A stretch of DNA of 64,000 bases from positions 551,490,001 through 551,554,000 of the forward strand of contig JBNRSN020000002.1 in assembly GCA_051313645.2 (NCBI GenBank), in the 5' to 3' direction. This document shows, in pieces, positions 23,908-36,754 of this stretch. Origin of the DNA: Centroscyllium fabricii. Lineage: Eukaryota. Within the stretch, counting starts at the first letter, position 1, and every line of letters begins with the position of its first letter. A model generated the notes under the pieces. That model was given only the letters and a program-made list of their open reading frames with translations. It was not told where the DNA came from and searched no databases. The position numbers were made by a program, and so were the translations under genes.

Positions 23908-24707
23908 GGCCACAATCTTAGCTGAGGAGGTGCGCTGCGGGCGGGACTGCTGGTTTTTGGGTTTCAGTCCCACCCCTGACGCTATTTTCCCTTGACTGGC
24001 CTTGTGAAGCCCACCCTGCAGACTTGCCAGCCAATTAAGCGAAAGCCGGTGTCAGATGACATCAGTGCGTGATGCTTCATCTGCCGATTTTGTTAAAGGG
24101 ACAGGCCCCATCATTTTTGGACAGATGAATTGCCAGTGTTTGACAGCATTGAGGTTCTGTCAAACACTGTCCAAAGGTGAGCCCTTGCTCCCAGATTCAC
24201 CAATAACTCTCTTCTTAGGAGAAAACCGATGGCAGCTGCATCTGAGATTGCAGAAGTCATCTGTCAATTCTTCCGATCAGCTGAGGCTTCACAGAAACAT
24301 CAAATCTTGTCACCTGCAGATACATATAAACAGAATAAAAATATTTCTCACTACATTCTCTCACCTGTCATACTTACATGTGCACCATTGCACCCATGAC
24401 ACTACCTCTGCAGCTGTCATTTGCACACTTACATTGCACACCCACAGCTCGCCTCGCTGACCCTGTCGGTGTTTCCCGCCGTCAGGAAGGCCACATCATC
24501 AGATGGAAAATGGTGAAAAGTCTCTTAACTACCTGTTAACAAGCAGTTAATTGTCACTAATCCCTTGCCCGCCGCGAGGAGACCGGTCCCTGCACGAGTT
24601 TGGAATCGCCTCCTGGGAAGATGGTTCGGAGGCGGGTTGGGAGCTACTCCCAATTTTTCCCGTTTTCCCAGCAGCCCCGCCTCGTCAGGGCTGGTAAAAT
24701 CCAGCCC
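23908..24707. mobile_element. Harbinger-like MITE (GGGCTGGATTT family)
   Basis: Right end gggctggtaaaatccagccc. Collinear with 31031-31842. Confidence 0.7.
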
Positions 24708-25214
24708 CTTGTGACGACATTACTCAAAAAATGGCAGTGCTGTTGAGCTACTGTAACTGGGGGAGGGGGAAAGAGTAAACGTATATAACAAGCATTGGTT
24801 CTGTGTGTTGCTATTTTAAATACCTTTTACATAACAATAAAAATATCACAGCTTTATTTGGGGGTTGGGAGAGTGAAAATAATTATCTAAGAAGCATCCA
24901 TTCAAGCTAGAACTGGATAACTGCCTGGGTGTCATGTAATAAAATGTTCTTAGTATGCTGAGAGTGAAATATATATTGGCCATGTTATTTCCCACCAATC
25001 AGCTGCAAATTATATATTGATAAAATGGCAGTGATTACTTCACAATCATTAATTCTTCAGTGTGGGGTCATCACATATCACTGGCACAGAACACGCTCGC
25101 TGCTACAGTCTGCATGGCTAGCCCTTGACATCTTAAAAGGAATCCAAAGCAAAATAAGCTCCCATGAATTTCACAGTGTATTATTTTTATATTCCTGGAT
25201 TAATTAGGATTTTA

Positions 25215-25812
25215 AGTCTAGCGGAGGAATCTTGGTGTGCAGATAAACAAGTCATTTAAAGGTGGCAACATTAGTATTTAAAGCCATAAAAAAGGCAAAC
25301 CGAAAACCTGTACTTGGTTTGAATCTGGAGGGATAGAGTATAAATCAAGGAGGTAATGTTAACTTTGTGTAAAACCTTATGCTACAGTTGGAGCGTTGTG
25401 AACGGTTTGGGCACCCTATTATAGAAAGGATAGAAAAGCAATGGGACAGGCGCTGCTTAGATTCATTAGGATGTTACGAGGGATGAGGGTTTACAGACGA
25501 AGAAAACCGTACAAATTTGGGGCCTTTTCACCAGAACTGAGAAGGTTAAGATAGATGCCTTCAATATTAAGGAATGATGTAAGGTAAATAGTAATAGATT
25601 GTTTCCACTGGTTGGCAACATTCAGTAATGATTGTCTTAAATTTATGGCCTGTCACAAAAAGAAATCTAGGGGAAGTTAGAAAACAATTCTTTACACAGA
25701 GGTTCTTTAGAATTTGGAATTCACTGCCACAAATCATTGTTGAAACAGAGTCCGCACATACTTTTAAAAAGAGAATGAGATAGTTGCCTTGAAAAAGAGG
25801 AATATCAAAGGA
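25215..25812 (+). mobile_element. Old degenerate CR1 RT fragment
   Basis: Decayed LEYCVQFWAP and FFTQRV..IWNSLP remnants. Confidence 0.7.
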
Positions 25813-25813
25813 T

Positions 25814-26468
25814 GGGCCAGAAATTGCAGTCTGCCCATATCTGGTTTAAGCTCTGGTGCGAGCACAAGGTCCAGCGCCGGAAGCAGCAACGTACGGGTTG
25901 CATCCAGTAATTCGTTTTTTAAAAAACTTTTTCTACGGACCAAGACCAGGATTTTCTACGCTGGGAAAAAGCAGTCGTAAGTAGCCGTTTTTATCTGGTA
26001 AGTGTGTATTTTATTGATTTTAATTGTTGTTTTTTCAGGTTTTTAATTGTTGATAACTTTAAAGACAGGTAAGTATTTTTTTTAGACCTGTTGGAAGTTG
26101 AAAAAAAATTCTGTAAATTTTAATTTTTTCTTTAAAATAGGTTATTTGTGTTCGTTAGGGTAATGTTAAAAAATGTGGTGTTTCAGATGTCTTTTGGGAA
26201 TCTCTCCTTTCAGAACTCGCACAGATTTCTCAGTGGAAGTTTTGAACGGAGGATTGGTTCCACTGATTGGCTCACTGCCAATCAGGTGGTCTCAAAAGCC
26301 ATCTCGCACTAATTACGCCCTTCAGATGCCCATGAAGCTCGCACGGAGCTCTGACAAGCTGGGCTAACTGCAATTACTGAGTGCAAAAAAGCAAAACGGA
26401 TTATGGGCAGTGCAAGTGCAACTAGCAGGTACTGCACCCGCATGAAGGCTCCACTGCAATTTCTGGGC
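25814..26468. mobile_element. Harbinger-like MITE inserted in old CR1
   Basis: TIR gggccagaaattgcagt/actgcaatttctgggc. Confidence 0.75.
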
Positions 26469-26729
26469 TGTTATGATGTTGTGGTGTGGAGCTTCAGCAA
26501 GAGCAGGTAAAAGAAAGGGAGTGAAGAACTGAAAAGATCACCAGCCTAAAGAACTCTTTTTAAAAAAGGGCAGCACAGGCATGTTAATTACAATATTAAA
26601 AAATCATTTAAGTGAATTCAAAGGCAAAGAGAACACTTACCCATTGGAATTTTAAAAGTATAAGATACCTTATAACATGGCCCAGGTAGAAATAAAATCA
26701 AAAGGAATACCAGAGATAAAAAAGTAAAA

Positions 26730-26899
26730 CGGGGATAGGGTGGGATATGTGTTGGTGCAGGCTCGAGAGGGATCGAGCGATATGGGGAGAAGGCAGGGAC
26801 AGGGTACTGGGTTTGGATGATCAGCCATGATCACATTGAATGGCGGAGCAGGCTCGAAGGGCCGAATGGCCGACTCCTGCTCCTATCTTCTATGTTTCT
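26730..26899 (+). mobile_element. HE1 SINE 3' fragment (long-tail type)
   Basis: Matches 5585-5759. Confidence 0.85.
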
Positions 26900-26911
26900 G
26901 TGTAAAGGGAA

Positions 26912-27634
26912 TGGAAGAATTCTACCTTTGTGCCATCTTGCCAGGAGGCGGGTAGTCAACCCGCACCGGGTCCCGTCTCCTTGGAGGCGAGAAAGGGATG
27001 AGTGCCACTTAGCTGCCTGTTAGCAGGTAGGTAAGAGGATTATCCCCATTTTGACCACACAAGCACAGGCTTCCCGAAGTCTCCGAACCCCACCAGGGTC
27101 AGCAAAATGAGCAGTGGGTCTGCGGGGGTCGGAGGGGTGCAAAAGTGCACTGTGAAGGTGAAGTGATGGGTGCAAGTGTGGAGAGGTGAGTGTGTAAGGT
27201 AAGTGGAAAGTGATCGAAAAAGTTTACTTCCCTTTGTTTCTTCCTGCAGGCTTCAAGAGTTGGGTATGCGGAGAGTCTCGCACCTCTGCGGCAGAGATGA
27301 CAGATGGCCGTTGCATTCTCCAATGCAACAACCATCTCATTTCTGCAAAAGAAAGAAGTTTGATTAGGTCTTGAATTCAAGAACTCATCAAACTACAGAG
27401 CTGTCAAATGATGATGATTCATATGTCAAAAAGTTTTGACAGATGAATTGTCATATGTTGACGTTCTCTGTAACTGGCTTTTCCTTAATTGGCCTGCTGA
27501 GCCTGCTGGCTGGGCGTAACAAGGTCGATCAAGGGAAAATAGCGTGGGCTAGCCAGAAGTTGATGGAGGCGGGACTGAAACCCGACAAGTGGGAGTCCCA
27601 CCTCCACAAACTCCTCATTGGCAAAATCCAGCCC
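26912..27634. mobile_element. Harbinger-like MITE (GGGCTGGATTT family, reverse orientation)
   Basis: End ggcaaaatccagccc. Reverse-complement similarity to 31031-31842. Confidence 0.65.
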
Positions 27635-28058
27635 ATAGTTTTCATGATATGGAGACAAGCACTGATGGAATCCAAGGGAATGGGAATATTGTGTTGATTA
27701 AGGTTCATATAGGAAGCAGGGAAGGTAGAAAAGCCTTTGAAGCTACTCAATAGATTATATTAATGAACATGTACCAGGCAGTATCCAGCACTGCAAAAGG
27801 AAACAAGATCCCAGCAGTTAAGGCAGTAAGAAAACCTGAGGGGTAGCTAGAACAAAAATGCAGGTTGCAGATCACAGAGCTTGTAGTCATAGGTGATTCT
27901 TTGCTAAGGAAATTGGAAAGCCATATGTGTTTTAAGAACAATCCTTATAGGTTGTCTACCTGAAGCTAGTGCGGTACATATTGAGGAGAGGTTAGAACAG
28001 ATACTGAAGGGGTCATGAAGAGTCATTTATGCAGCATGGTATGAGAACAACAGTTCTA

Positions 28059-29160
28059 GGGGGTACAGTAGCATAGTGGTTGTGTTACTGGACTAGTAAT
28101 CCAGAGACCTGGCCTAATGTTCTGGAGACATGTGTTCAGATCGTACCATGGCAGCTGTGGAATTTAAATTCAGTTAATTAAATAAATCTGGAATAAAAAG
28201 CTAGTAACATTAATGGTGACCGTGTAACTACCGGATTGTCGTAAAAGCCCATCTGGTTCACGAATGTCCTTTAGGGAAGGAAATCTGTCATTTTACCCAT
28301 CTTATTATATGTGACTCAGTTAGTTGCTCGTAACTGTCCTTTGAACTGGCCTAGCCAGACAGTTCTACCAAACCGCTATGACAAAATATAATAAAAATAA
28401 AACCGGACGGACCACCTCGGCATCTGATTCAGACATGCCAAAGGCACACCCGGCCCAGTTGACCGTGCACAGTGCTTCTCACTAACATCTGGGGACTTGT
28501 GCCAGAATTGGGAGAGCTGTCCCATAGACCAGACATAGCCATACTCACAGAATCATACCCTTCAGCCAATGTCTGAGACTCCTCCATCACCAACCCTTGC
28601 TATGCCCTGTCCCACTGGCAGGACAAACCCAGCAGAGATGACGACACAGTGGTACACAGTTGGGAGGGAGTGGCCTTGGGCGTCTTTAACATTGACTCAT
28701 GGCATCAGGTCAAACAGGGGCAAGGAAACCTCCAGCAGATCACCACCTACCGCCATTTCTCAGCTGATAATCAGTACTCCTCTGTGTTGAACACCACTTG
28801 CAAAAACCCATCTGGTTCACTAATGTCCTTCAGGGAAGGAAATCTGCCGTCCTTACCTGGTCTGGCCTACGTGTGACTCCAGACCCACAGCAATGTGGTT
28901 GACTGATAATGCCCTCTGAAATGGCCCAGCAAGCCACTCAGTTCAACATTGTGGGTGCACCTACACCATATGGACTGCAGCGGTTCAAGAAGGCGGCTCA
29001 CCACCATCTTCTCAAGGGCAATTAGGGATGGGCACTAAATGCAGGCCTAGCCAGCCAGCGACGCCCACATCCCATCAACGAATTAAAAAAAAAAGCCTTC
29101 TCACCTTCTCAAGAATGCTGGCCTTACTAACGATGCCCACATCCCGTGAAGGAAAAAAAA
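28059..29160 (+). mobile_element. tRNA-headed retroelement: SINE head, LINE endonuclease fragment, second SINE body and tail
   Basis: gtagcatagtggt...gttcagatc head. ctggttcactaatgtccttyagggaaggaaatctg core present twice. TNIWGLVPELGELSHRPDIAILTESY at about 28481-28560. Tail cgacgcccacatccc plus A-run. Confidence 0.7.
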
Positions 29161-31030
29161 ACCATCATAAAAGACATTTCCAAAATAAAAAGAAATTAGG
29201 TTGTTATTCCTGAGATGCCTTATTCTTTATATAATGAGTTTTCTTTAAAGGTATTTTTCTCATGTATTCTCAGCATTACTTTGCAATGTCTACTGAAAAC
29301 TGGGAATGTAAACTGCACCAGTTGACTTCACAGCCAATCAAAAATGCACCCCCCTAAAGGTCAATGTCAGTATTGCGTGTCTAGGCAGCAGCGGAAGTGC
29401 TATTTTAGAAATCGTGCTGCCATATTTGATCAAGGCAAACAGGAAGTATAAATATGTTGAAGAATGATTGTAACACAGCATTGGCAAAGAGAATACATCA
29501 ATGCAGATAACATGCAAACATAATTTTTCCAGCCATTTTTCTTGATGTTTGTCAGTACATTGGACTTAATTCATTTTTGACAGTAAAACAAACATAATAT
29601 TCTTGACATTGAAACAAAATTTTTAGAGAGTGATTTTAAGTGATATGTACAATGAGCTTAGTAGTGCTAATTTGATTGGAAAAGCTTTTTACTGTTCAAA
29701 GCAGAAAAACATTTTTCCGTTTCTTTGACTGAAAGCCAGCTGCTGTATCTTATTTTCCAGGCAGAAATATACTTCAGTTCTCTTATGCAGGCTTTATGTA
29801 AATAAATCATAAAAGAAAAGTACAAATTACACACTAAACTAAACTACAAAGGATACTGTACATAAATCTGGATGAACATTATAAATATTTCCACAATCAC
29901 TGTTCACATACTCAAACAAATGCACTTTATGGAAACATCCTGCATGCATGCATTCTGTTTAAATTTGCAAGATTGCAACATATATTTTTCCTTCAATCTT
30001 TATCATTATATATTAAAGGGCTTGCGTTTGCAAGCACTATCTGTTTCATACTTCTTCCTTTGCCTTGTTTTAGTTTCTGGTAGAATCACACTATTGTCAA
30101 TGCACTTTATTAAGGGGCTCAAAGTAAAATAGTAGCAAATCAGAATAGAAGAGTTTGGAAAAGTATGAACCAGTAGCAAGGAAAGCAACTAGAAATCTTC
30201 TGTCACATTTCAGGATTTCTATCTATTTTTGTACAGAATGATTTAGTTAAGATTTTTATGAAGTGCTACTTTTTGAGTGAAATTTAGGTCACAAGTTAAA
30301 ATTTCCACTATCGGCAGAAGTCAGGGGGAGGTAGGGAGAGATATATATTCAAACCAAGCTCGATAGCCTGTAGAATCTTGCCTAACTTCAGCTGAGATGA
30401 TGGGAGCCCAGTTAGACCTCCCTGCGAAATATCCAGACACCTTGTATTGGGATGAAGCTGTTCGTTTTGAACGCAGCAGGAGATAGTTTATTAGGGGCTT
30501 CCACCCAGGGACCACGGACACGTTTGACAGCTCAACTGGCCTCCCTGTTGACCGGGAGAGAGTCAGATGTGAAACTGCCAAATTCCTGTGCAGTGAGAGG
30601 ACAAAGGGGACAGGTGAACGAACACATGTTCTGGAATGGGGGAGGAATGAGAGAGACAGGAATTGAATATATTGAATTAAAAACTTAATGCGTTTTACTG
30701 TAATTAGTTTTAGCCAGCTGACTGTTGAAAAGTAATTGGATGTAACTTTTGTGTGTTCATGGTTATGAGTGATTTTCGGTTATGGTTTTATATATGATGG
30801 ACATTTTATAGTCAACGTAAAAAATCATAAATAAAGCTAAATGTTTTTTTTAAAGTTTCCTCTCTATTCATCAAGTTTTTCATATTCAGTTAAATGCGGT
30901 TGTGGCAGTAATGTCAGTCGCTTTAAACAACAGAATTTGCTGTAGTTAGGATAGCACATAAAATGTAACTTTTACTTCTGACCATGCATTTCATTCTCAC
31001 CAAAAATGGTACACAATCAACTGTACCATG

Positions 31031-31842
31031 GGGCTGGATTTTGTCGATGGGGGCAGGACTGCTGGTTTTTGTGTTTTATTCCCACCCCCAACGACATCCG
31101 GCCAATCCACGTTATTTTCCCTTGATTGACCTTGGTAAACCTGCCCTGCGGGCTTAGCAGGCCAATAAAGGGAACACTGGTTACAGAGGACGCCAGCGTA
31201 TGACGTTTCATCTGTCAAAACGTTTTGACAGATGAATTGTCAGCGTTTGACAGCTTTGAGAAGCTGTCAAACACTGACAATCTCTGTTCAAAGGTGAGCC
31301 CTTGTACTGAAGGCTCACCAAACCTCTTTCCTCAGTAGAAATTAGATGGCTGCTGCATCTGAGAATGCAGCAGCCATTCTGTCATCTCTGCCATTGAGAT
31401 GAGGCACCTCCGGGTCCCCAAGGGTTGAAGCCTGCAGGACCTTTTTCTAACACTTTACACTCAACTCTCTTACCCCTCCATACTTGCACCCATCACTCAC
31501 CTCTACAGTGGACTTTTCGATCCCTCTCACCCCCGCAGACCCACTGCTCGCCTCGCTGACCCTGGCGAGATTCGCAATCGTCGGGAAGCCCGCACTTGCA
31601 GGGAAAAAATGGGGAAAAGCCTTTTAACTGCCTGTTAACTACCTGTTGACAGGCAGTTAATTGGCTGTAATCCCCTTCCCGCCTTGAGGAGACGGGTCCC
31701 TGCGCGACTCGGGGACCCGCCTCCCGGGAAGATGGCATGAAGGCAGGCTGGGAGCGGGTTATGTACCTGCTCCCAGTTTCTACCATTTTCCCGGCAGTCC
31801 CACCTCCATACCCATCTCCCCAGGGCTGGTAAAATTACCCCC
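31031..31842. mobile_element. Harbinger-like MITE (GGGCTGGATTT family)
   Basis: Ends gggctggatttt / aaaattaccccc, TSD atg/atg, internal palindromes. Confidence 0.75.
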
Positions 31843-31952
31843 ATGGTTTCAGTTGCTGTGGAGCTGAACATAAAACACTCCATATTCATATTCTTCCCAT
31901 CGCTCCAAAAGCAATGGTCTGCATCTTGTGCCTACAGTGGGCCCTAGTTTTC

Positions 31953-34900
31953 AACTACAACAGCAACTTGTATGTAGCACCTTTAACCAATTAAAATGTC
32001 CCAAGGTGCTTCACATGAGCGTTATCCAACAAAGTTTGACACATAAGGAGATATATAGGCAGGTGATCAAAAGCTTGGTCGAAGAGAACATAAGAACCGA
32101 AGAAATAGGAGCAGGAGTAGGCCAATCGGCCCCTCGAGCCTGCTCCGCTATTTAACAAGATCATGGCTGATCTGATCCTAACCTCAATTTTATTTTTACT
32201 CTCCATCCCACCCAAACCCATATGATCACAGAGGCGAAAAACCAGATAAAAAACCCAGTGGCCAATTTGGGAGAAAAAATCTGGGAAATTCCTCTCCGAC
32301 CCATTTAGGCGATCGAAAACTGGTCCAGGAGATCACATGGCTGATCTGAACCGAGCCTCACGTCCACTTACCTGCCCGCTCACTATAACCCCTAATTCCC
32401 TTTACTTCCAGGAAACTGTCTATCACTGTTTTAAAATTTATTCAATGTAGTAGCTTCCACAGCTCTCTGGGGCAGCAAATTCCACAGCCCCACCACCCTC
32501 TGAGTGAAGAAGTTTCTCCTCATCTCAGTTTTGAAATGGCAGCCCCTTATTTTAAGATTATGCCCCCTAGTCCTAGTTTCACCCACCATTGGGAACATCC
32601 TCACCGCATCCACCCGATCAAGCCCTCACAATCTCACAATCTTATATGTTTCAATAAGATCGCCTCTCATTCTTCTGAACAATGAGTAGAGGCCCAATCT
32701 ACTCAACCTCTCATCATATGTTAGCCCCCTCATCCCCGGAATTAACCTAGTGAACCTTCTTTGCACTGCCTCGAGAGCAAGTTTGTCCTTTCTTAAATAT
32801 GGATACCAGAACTGCACGCAGTATTCCAGGTGTGGTCTCACCAATACCCTGTACAACTGCAGCAAGACCTCCCTGCTTTTATACTCAATCCCCTTAGCAA
32901 TAAAAGCCAACATTCCGTTGGCCTTCCTGACCACCTGCTGCACCTGCATATTAACTTTTTGTGTTTCCTGCACCAGGACCCCCAGATCCCTTTGCACTGA
33001 AGTACTTTCCAGTTTCTTTCCATTTAGATAATAACTCGCTCTATTATGTTTCCTGCCAAAGTGCATAACTTCACACTTTCCAGTATTATACTCCATCTGC
33101 CAAATCTCTGCCCACTCACTTAGCCTATCTATGTCCTTTGCAGGTTTTTAATGTCCTCCTCACTCATCAACCTCCCTCCCATCTTTGTGTCATCCGCAAA
33201 CTTTGATATGTTGCACTCGGTCCCTTCTTCCAAATCATTAATATAGATTGTAAAGAGTTGGGGTCCCAGCACCGACCCTTGCGGAACACCACTAGTGACT
33301 GACTGCCAGTCTGAGAACGAACCATTTATCCCAACTCTGTTTTCTGTTAGAAAGCCAATCCTCCACCCATGCCAGAATATTACCCTCAACCCCGTGATTT
33401 TTCATCTTGAGTAATAATCTTCTGTGGGGCACCTTGTCAAATGCCTTTTGGAAGTCTAAATACACTACATCCACTGGTTCCCCTTTATCCACCCTATATG
33501 TTATGTCCTCAAAGAACTCTAGCAAATTTGTCAAACATGACTTCCCCTTTGTAAAACCATGCTGACTTTGTCCTATTAAATTATGTTTATCCAAATGCCC
33601 TGTTACTGTTTCCTTAATAATAGATTCTAACATTTTGCCAACCACAGATGTTAGGCTAACTGGTCTATAATTTCCAGCCTTCCGTCTATTACCCTTTTAA
33701 AATAAAGGCGTTAAGTTAGCAGTTTTCCAATCTGCCGGAACCTTTGCCGAGTCCAGAGAGTTTTGAAAAATTATTACCAACGCATCCACAATCCCTACCG
33801 GCACTTCCCTCAAGACCCTAGGATGTAAGCCATCAGGTCCAGGGGATTTATCCTCCTTAAGTCCCATAATTTTCCCGAGTACCATCTCCTTAGTGACTTT
33901 AATCGTAATTAGCTCCTCCCCCCTCCCCCCCCCCCCCCCTAGAGCCACCTGTTTATCCAATGTTGGGATATTTTGAGTGTCCTCTACTGTAAAGACTGAT
34001 ACAAAATATTTGTTCAGTGCTTTTGCCATCTCCATGTCCCCTACCATTAATTTCCCGGTCTCATCCTCTAAAGGACCAACATTTACTTTAGCCATCCTTT
34101 TTCTTTTTATGTAACTACAGAAACGCTTGCTATCTGTTTTTATATTTTTTGCTAATTTACTTTCATAATCCATCTTCCCTTTCTTAATCAATCTTTTTGT
34201 TATTTTTTGCTGACTTTTAAAAGCTTCCCGATCTTCTATCTTCCCACCAGATTTAGCTACTTTATATAACCTTGTTTTTAGTCGGATACTCTCCTTTATT
34301 ACTTTACTTAGCCACGGATAGCTGTTTTTTCTTTTACACCCCTTTTTCCTCAGTGGAATATATTTTTCTTGAAAGTTGTAAAATAACTCCTTGAATACAC
34401 GCCACTGATCATGTACCATCTTACCCTTTAATCTGTTTTCCCAGTCCACCTTAATCAATTCTGCTCTCATACCATCATAGTCTCCTTTATTTAAGCTCAG
34501 TACCCTTGTTTGAGATCCAACCCTCTCACCCTCTAATTGAATTTGGAATTTGACCATGTTATGGTCACTCTTTCCAAGGGGATCCTTTACTGGGACATTT
34601 TTTATTAATCCTGTCTCATTACACAGGACCAGATCTAAGATTGCTTGCCCCCTGGTCGGTTCAGTTACGTACTGTTCAAGGAACCCATCCCTAATACACT
34701 CAATGAACTCTTCCTCAAGGCTGCCCTGTCCAACTTGATTAGTCCAGTCAATATGAAAGTTAAAATCGCCCATAATTATAGCTGTTCCCTTATTACAAGC
34801 CCCAACTCTTTCGTGATTTATACTCCGACCAACTGAGTTACAACTGTTTGGAGGCCTATAGACTACGCCCACCAGTGTTTTTTTCCCTTTATTATTTCTT

Positions 34901-36085
34901 ATTTCCACCCAAACTGTTTCACTATCCTGATCCTTTGAGCCAATATCATTTCGCTGTATTGCCGTGATTCCTTGCCTTATTAACATAGCCACCCCACCTC
35001 CCTTTCCTTCCTGCCTGTCCCTCCTTATTGTTAAATACCCTTGTATGTTTAATTCCCAGTCCTGGTCACCCTGTAACCATGTTTCTGTAATTGCCACAAA
35101 ATCATACCCATATGTAATTATTTGTGCCGTCAACTCGTCCATTTTGTTACGAATACTACGTGCATTCAAATAAAGGACTTTCAAATATGTTTGACACTTC
35201 ATTCCTGCTTTTTCCCTTTTTACAACTTTACCTTTATCTCCATACATTCTTTCCCTTCCTGACACACTCTGTTTTTTAATTGCCCCATTGTTACCTATGT
35301 CCATTACCTTCTCCAGTGTCATTTTATTTATTTGCTCTCTAGAAACCTCCCCCCCACTAATTAGAGGGAGGCTTTATGGAGCGTCTTAAAGGAGGACAGA
35401 GAAGTCGAGAGCCGCAGAGGTTTGGGGTGGGATTTCCAGAGCTCAGGGCCTTGGCAGTTGAAGGAAAGGCATCCAATGATGCAGTGATTAAAATGAGAAT
35501 GCTCCAGAGCCAGAATTGGAGGAGCGCAGAGATCTGGGAGGGTTGTCGGGCTGGAGGTGATTATAGAAATAGGGGGGGGCTAGGCCATGGAGGGATTTGA
35601 AAACAAGGATGATCATTTTAAAATCAAAGTGTTGCTTTACTGGGAATCATTGTAGGTCAGCGAGCACGGGGTTTGGGTGAATGGGACTTGGTGCGAGTTA
35701 GGACACGGGCAGCAGAGTTTTGGATGACCTCAAGTTTACAGAGGGTAGAACGTGGGAGGCCAGCCAGGAGTGCATTGGAATGGCCAAGTCTAGCAGTAAC
35801 AAAGGCATGGATGAGGGTTTCAGCAGCAGATGAGCTGAGGCCAAGGCTGAGTCGGGCGATGTTACGTAGGTGGGAATAGGCAGTCTTGGTGATGGCGCTG
35901 ATATGTGGTGGGAGGTCAAATATGGCACCAGGATTGCAAACCGTCTGGTTCAGCCTCAGACAATTGGCAAGGAGCGGGATGGAGTTGGTAGCTGGGGAAT
36001 GGAGCTTGTGGTGGGGACTGAAGACATTGGCTTTGGTCTTCCCAATATTTAGTTGGAGGAAATTTCTGCTCATCCAGTACTGATC
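31953..36085 (-). mobile_element. L2 LINE 3' fragment (31953-32085 and 35363-36085) split by CR1
   Basis: NFLQLNIGKT, HLRNIARL, AETLIHAFVTARL and QNSAARVLT motifs. L2 tail. agag duplicated at the CR1 junctions. Confidence 0.85.
32086..35362 (-). mobile_element. CR1 LINE of about 3.3 kb, near-complete ORF2 (APE endonuclease plus RT), frameshifted
   Basis: ORF 33697-35322 has YLNARSIRNK, ITETWL, GVVYRPP, MGDFN, ILDLVL and SDHN. RT continues in ORFs 33292-33645, 33129-33389, 32626-33096 and 32431-32613. Confidence 0.97.
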
Positions 36086-36273
36086 ATCAAGATGGATATG
36101 TATGAATGCAAATATTACACAGTAATTGGCATGTAGCCTGTGAGCGTTTGTTTTGAACTGTGATGCAGGGGACGCATGAGAACATAAACCTTTTTTTTAA
36201 ATTAGTGGAAAATATAGAAAAAATGGGTGAGCCCCAATTTTTGCTGAGTGAGAACAAGTTAGTAAATAAACTT

Positions 36274-36638
36274 GAGAAACACATAAGATAGGAGCAGGAG
36301 TCAGCCCTTCGAGCCTGCTCCGCCATTTTGATGAGATCATGGCTGATCATCCAAACCCAGCACCCCCCTCCTACCCTCTCCCCATATCCCCCAACACCCC
36401 CAACTCTAAGAACTACACCTCACACACATACTCATGGGCACTTTTTAGTATCTCCAATTCACCTAACCTGCATGTCTTTGGGTGGTGGGAGGAAACCGGA
36501 GTACCCGGAGGAAACCCACACAAACACGGGGAGAACATGCAAACTCCACGCAGAGGGGTCCCGGGCCAAGCAGGATTCGAACCCAGGAGCTCCTTATTGC
36601 GAGGCAGCAGTGCTAACCACTGCGCCACCGTGTCGTCC
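36274..36638 (-). mobile_element. V-SINE, second subfamily
   Basis: tRNA head, V-domain and CR1 tail. Near-identical to 46609-46957. Confidence 0.88.
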
Positions 36639-36754
36639 TTTTAAGGTGGTTCTTTTAACGTTGGGAAGAGAAAAAGGCTCTCCAATAGCAGTAAAGAAAT
36701 TCTGGGGCCAGACACAGCATTAGCTTAGATTTAAAAGATCTTACAAAGCAGACA

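Noticed and set aside
33697-35322. 541-aa ORF as a host gene
   Set aside because: It is CR1 ORF2 (endonuclease) with a frameshifted RT downstream, no ORF1, and a 5' truncation.
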